Shown here in pieces: positions 62,744 to 64,000 of a DNA stretch of 64,000 nucleotides. The notes beneath the pieces are model-generated. The model ran no database searches, was not told the DNA's origin, and worked only from the letters and a program-made list of their open reading frames with translations. This DNA is from Callorhinchus milii (Eukaryota). The stretch covers positions 8,992,001-9,056,000 of the forward strand of contig NW_024704742.1 of the NCBI RefSeq assembly GCF_018977255.1. Reading direction: 5' to 3'. Every line of letters starts with the position of its first letter. Position 1 is the stretch's first letter. Position numbers and translations under genes: made by a program.

Positions 62744-63804
62744 CAAATTAGCTTCCTACACACAAATTCATTTTCATCAGATTGCTGAACATTGCCACAC
62801 TGACAAATATCACTTTTAATTTGATTTCAGCCAATCCTAACAATAAGACACTGATTTAGTTGTGCTGTATGTCTCTGAGCTGCTTGATGCCCTTACCTCC
62901 TTTACTGTCATGTAAACTTCTCAGCAGAAAGCCGATTTTGATATGAATAGCTTGGTGCAATATTCTAAAAGATGTGTCTGGCAGCAGCCCAAGTTTTGCA
63001 TGCAGATTTCGAAGGGAAATGTTATTCACAACAGATTTCAAATCTGGTCATTTAATATTTGATAGATGCATATAGTAACATTATCAGTCACCCAGGAACA
63101 TTCTGTTTTGGGTTGTTTGCTCAATTAGATGAGCAACATGTTCAATCAGCCAGTTAGATCTGTAATACAGCAAGCGGTGTTCCAACAGGAACCTGCTTAT
63201 AATCAAAAGCTTCGTCAATGTCAAGATGTAAATTGGTGCCCTGAGGTTAAGTGAATATGTTCGAAACTAAGGCAGACATCAAGAAATCTGAATATTAATA
63301 GCACATCTGATAAATTCTGAGCTATACCTTAGAATTCATTGGTCTGTATCATTGGCTTGAAATGTTGACAATTTGATTGCTTCTTTGGTGAAGGTAATTC
63401 CTCTCCTTTTAAGGCCCATGATGTGCCCATGATGTTATTAATATATAATAAAACAATCAGTGCATTTGATATAGCAACTCTAATGTCAAAATGTCTCAAA
63501 ATGTCTCAAAATTCACAGGTAATGGCTGACAAGAATAGCGACTGAATTTGTAGGCAAACACAGCAGATAATTAGCACATAATCAGCTCCCGCAAACAACC
63601 ATATAGTGAAATATAAGGAGAGAAAAAAGTACATCCACGACTGTTTGTGGGACTCTGCTGTGTGCAATTAGCTGCCGCCTTTCGCCCACAACTCTTACAG
63701 TCAATTCACTTTACAGCATGTTCTGTGAAACGCTTTGAGACGTCTTGAAGACATGATAAGGCGCTATATCAAATGCAAGGATTATTATTATATCAAATTT
63801 ATCT

Positions 63805-63975
63805 GGGCATTGTTGGCCAGGACACTGGGAGAAATGCACTTCTTTTTTTGAATAGTGTCTTGGGATCTTTAACGTACACCTGAACAGGCATCTTAACTGA
63901 AGGATGGTACACCTCCAGCATTGCATTGAGTGTCAGCCTAGACTATATGAGTTCCAAGTCCCAATGTGGGTCCAA
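63805..63975 (-). mobile_element. Old DeuSINE remnant
   Basis: Reverse Deu domain gggatctttaacgtacacctgaacaggc...gagtgtcagcctag. Confidence 0.75.
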
Positions 63976-64000
63976 TAAAATTGTTCATTCACTTCATGGG

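Noticed and set aside
27300..64000. Exons of a downstream gene (e.g. NRG1 by mammalian synteny)
   Set aside because: No exon with recognisable protein similarity was found. Candidates at ~42771-42820 and ~58719 lack support or contain stops.
1..64000. CRISPR arrays, operons or other prokaryotic systems
   Set aside because: The sequence is a spliced vertebrate locus; no regularly spaced repeat-spacer array is present.

Overview
Vertebrate genomic DNA, very probably a cartilaginous fish. This is inferred from the repeat landscape: Deu-domain tRNA SINEs, L2 and CR1 LINEs and Penelope-type fold-backs. A holocephalan such as elephant shark is plausible but not provable here. Bases ~645-27218 (+ strand) carry the last 12 coding exons of the Werner syndrome RecQ helicase gene WRN. 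They cover the RQC wing, linker, HRDC, an eroded post-HRDC helical region, an extra acidic exon, and a terminal exon with the Ku-binding motif KRKLPNWF and a KKQKGLFN* end. I assembled these exons by hand from GT-AG sites and phase continuity; the ORF track misses most of them. The remaining ~36 kb has no exon I can support and is dense in decayed transposons. The most interesting observations are: an apparent ancient duplication of a WRN exon pair (a degenerate copy of the HRDC-leading helix); an inverted young SINE pair bracketing the true pair; frameshift scars plus a rescue splice acceptor in the WRN C-terminal domain; hammerhead-ribozyme cores in palindromic elements; a SINE subfamily whose 3' stem-loop matches a specific L2 partner; an unclassified ~600-bp repeat family linked to an RT remnant; several local templated duplications; and a very dense CAGCTG E-box cluster. 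Comparisons to human WRN are from memory of the protein, and repeat boundaries are approximate.
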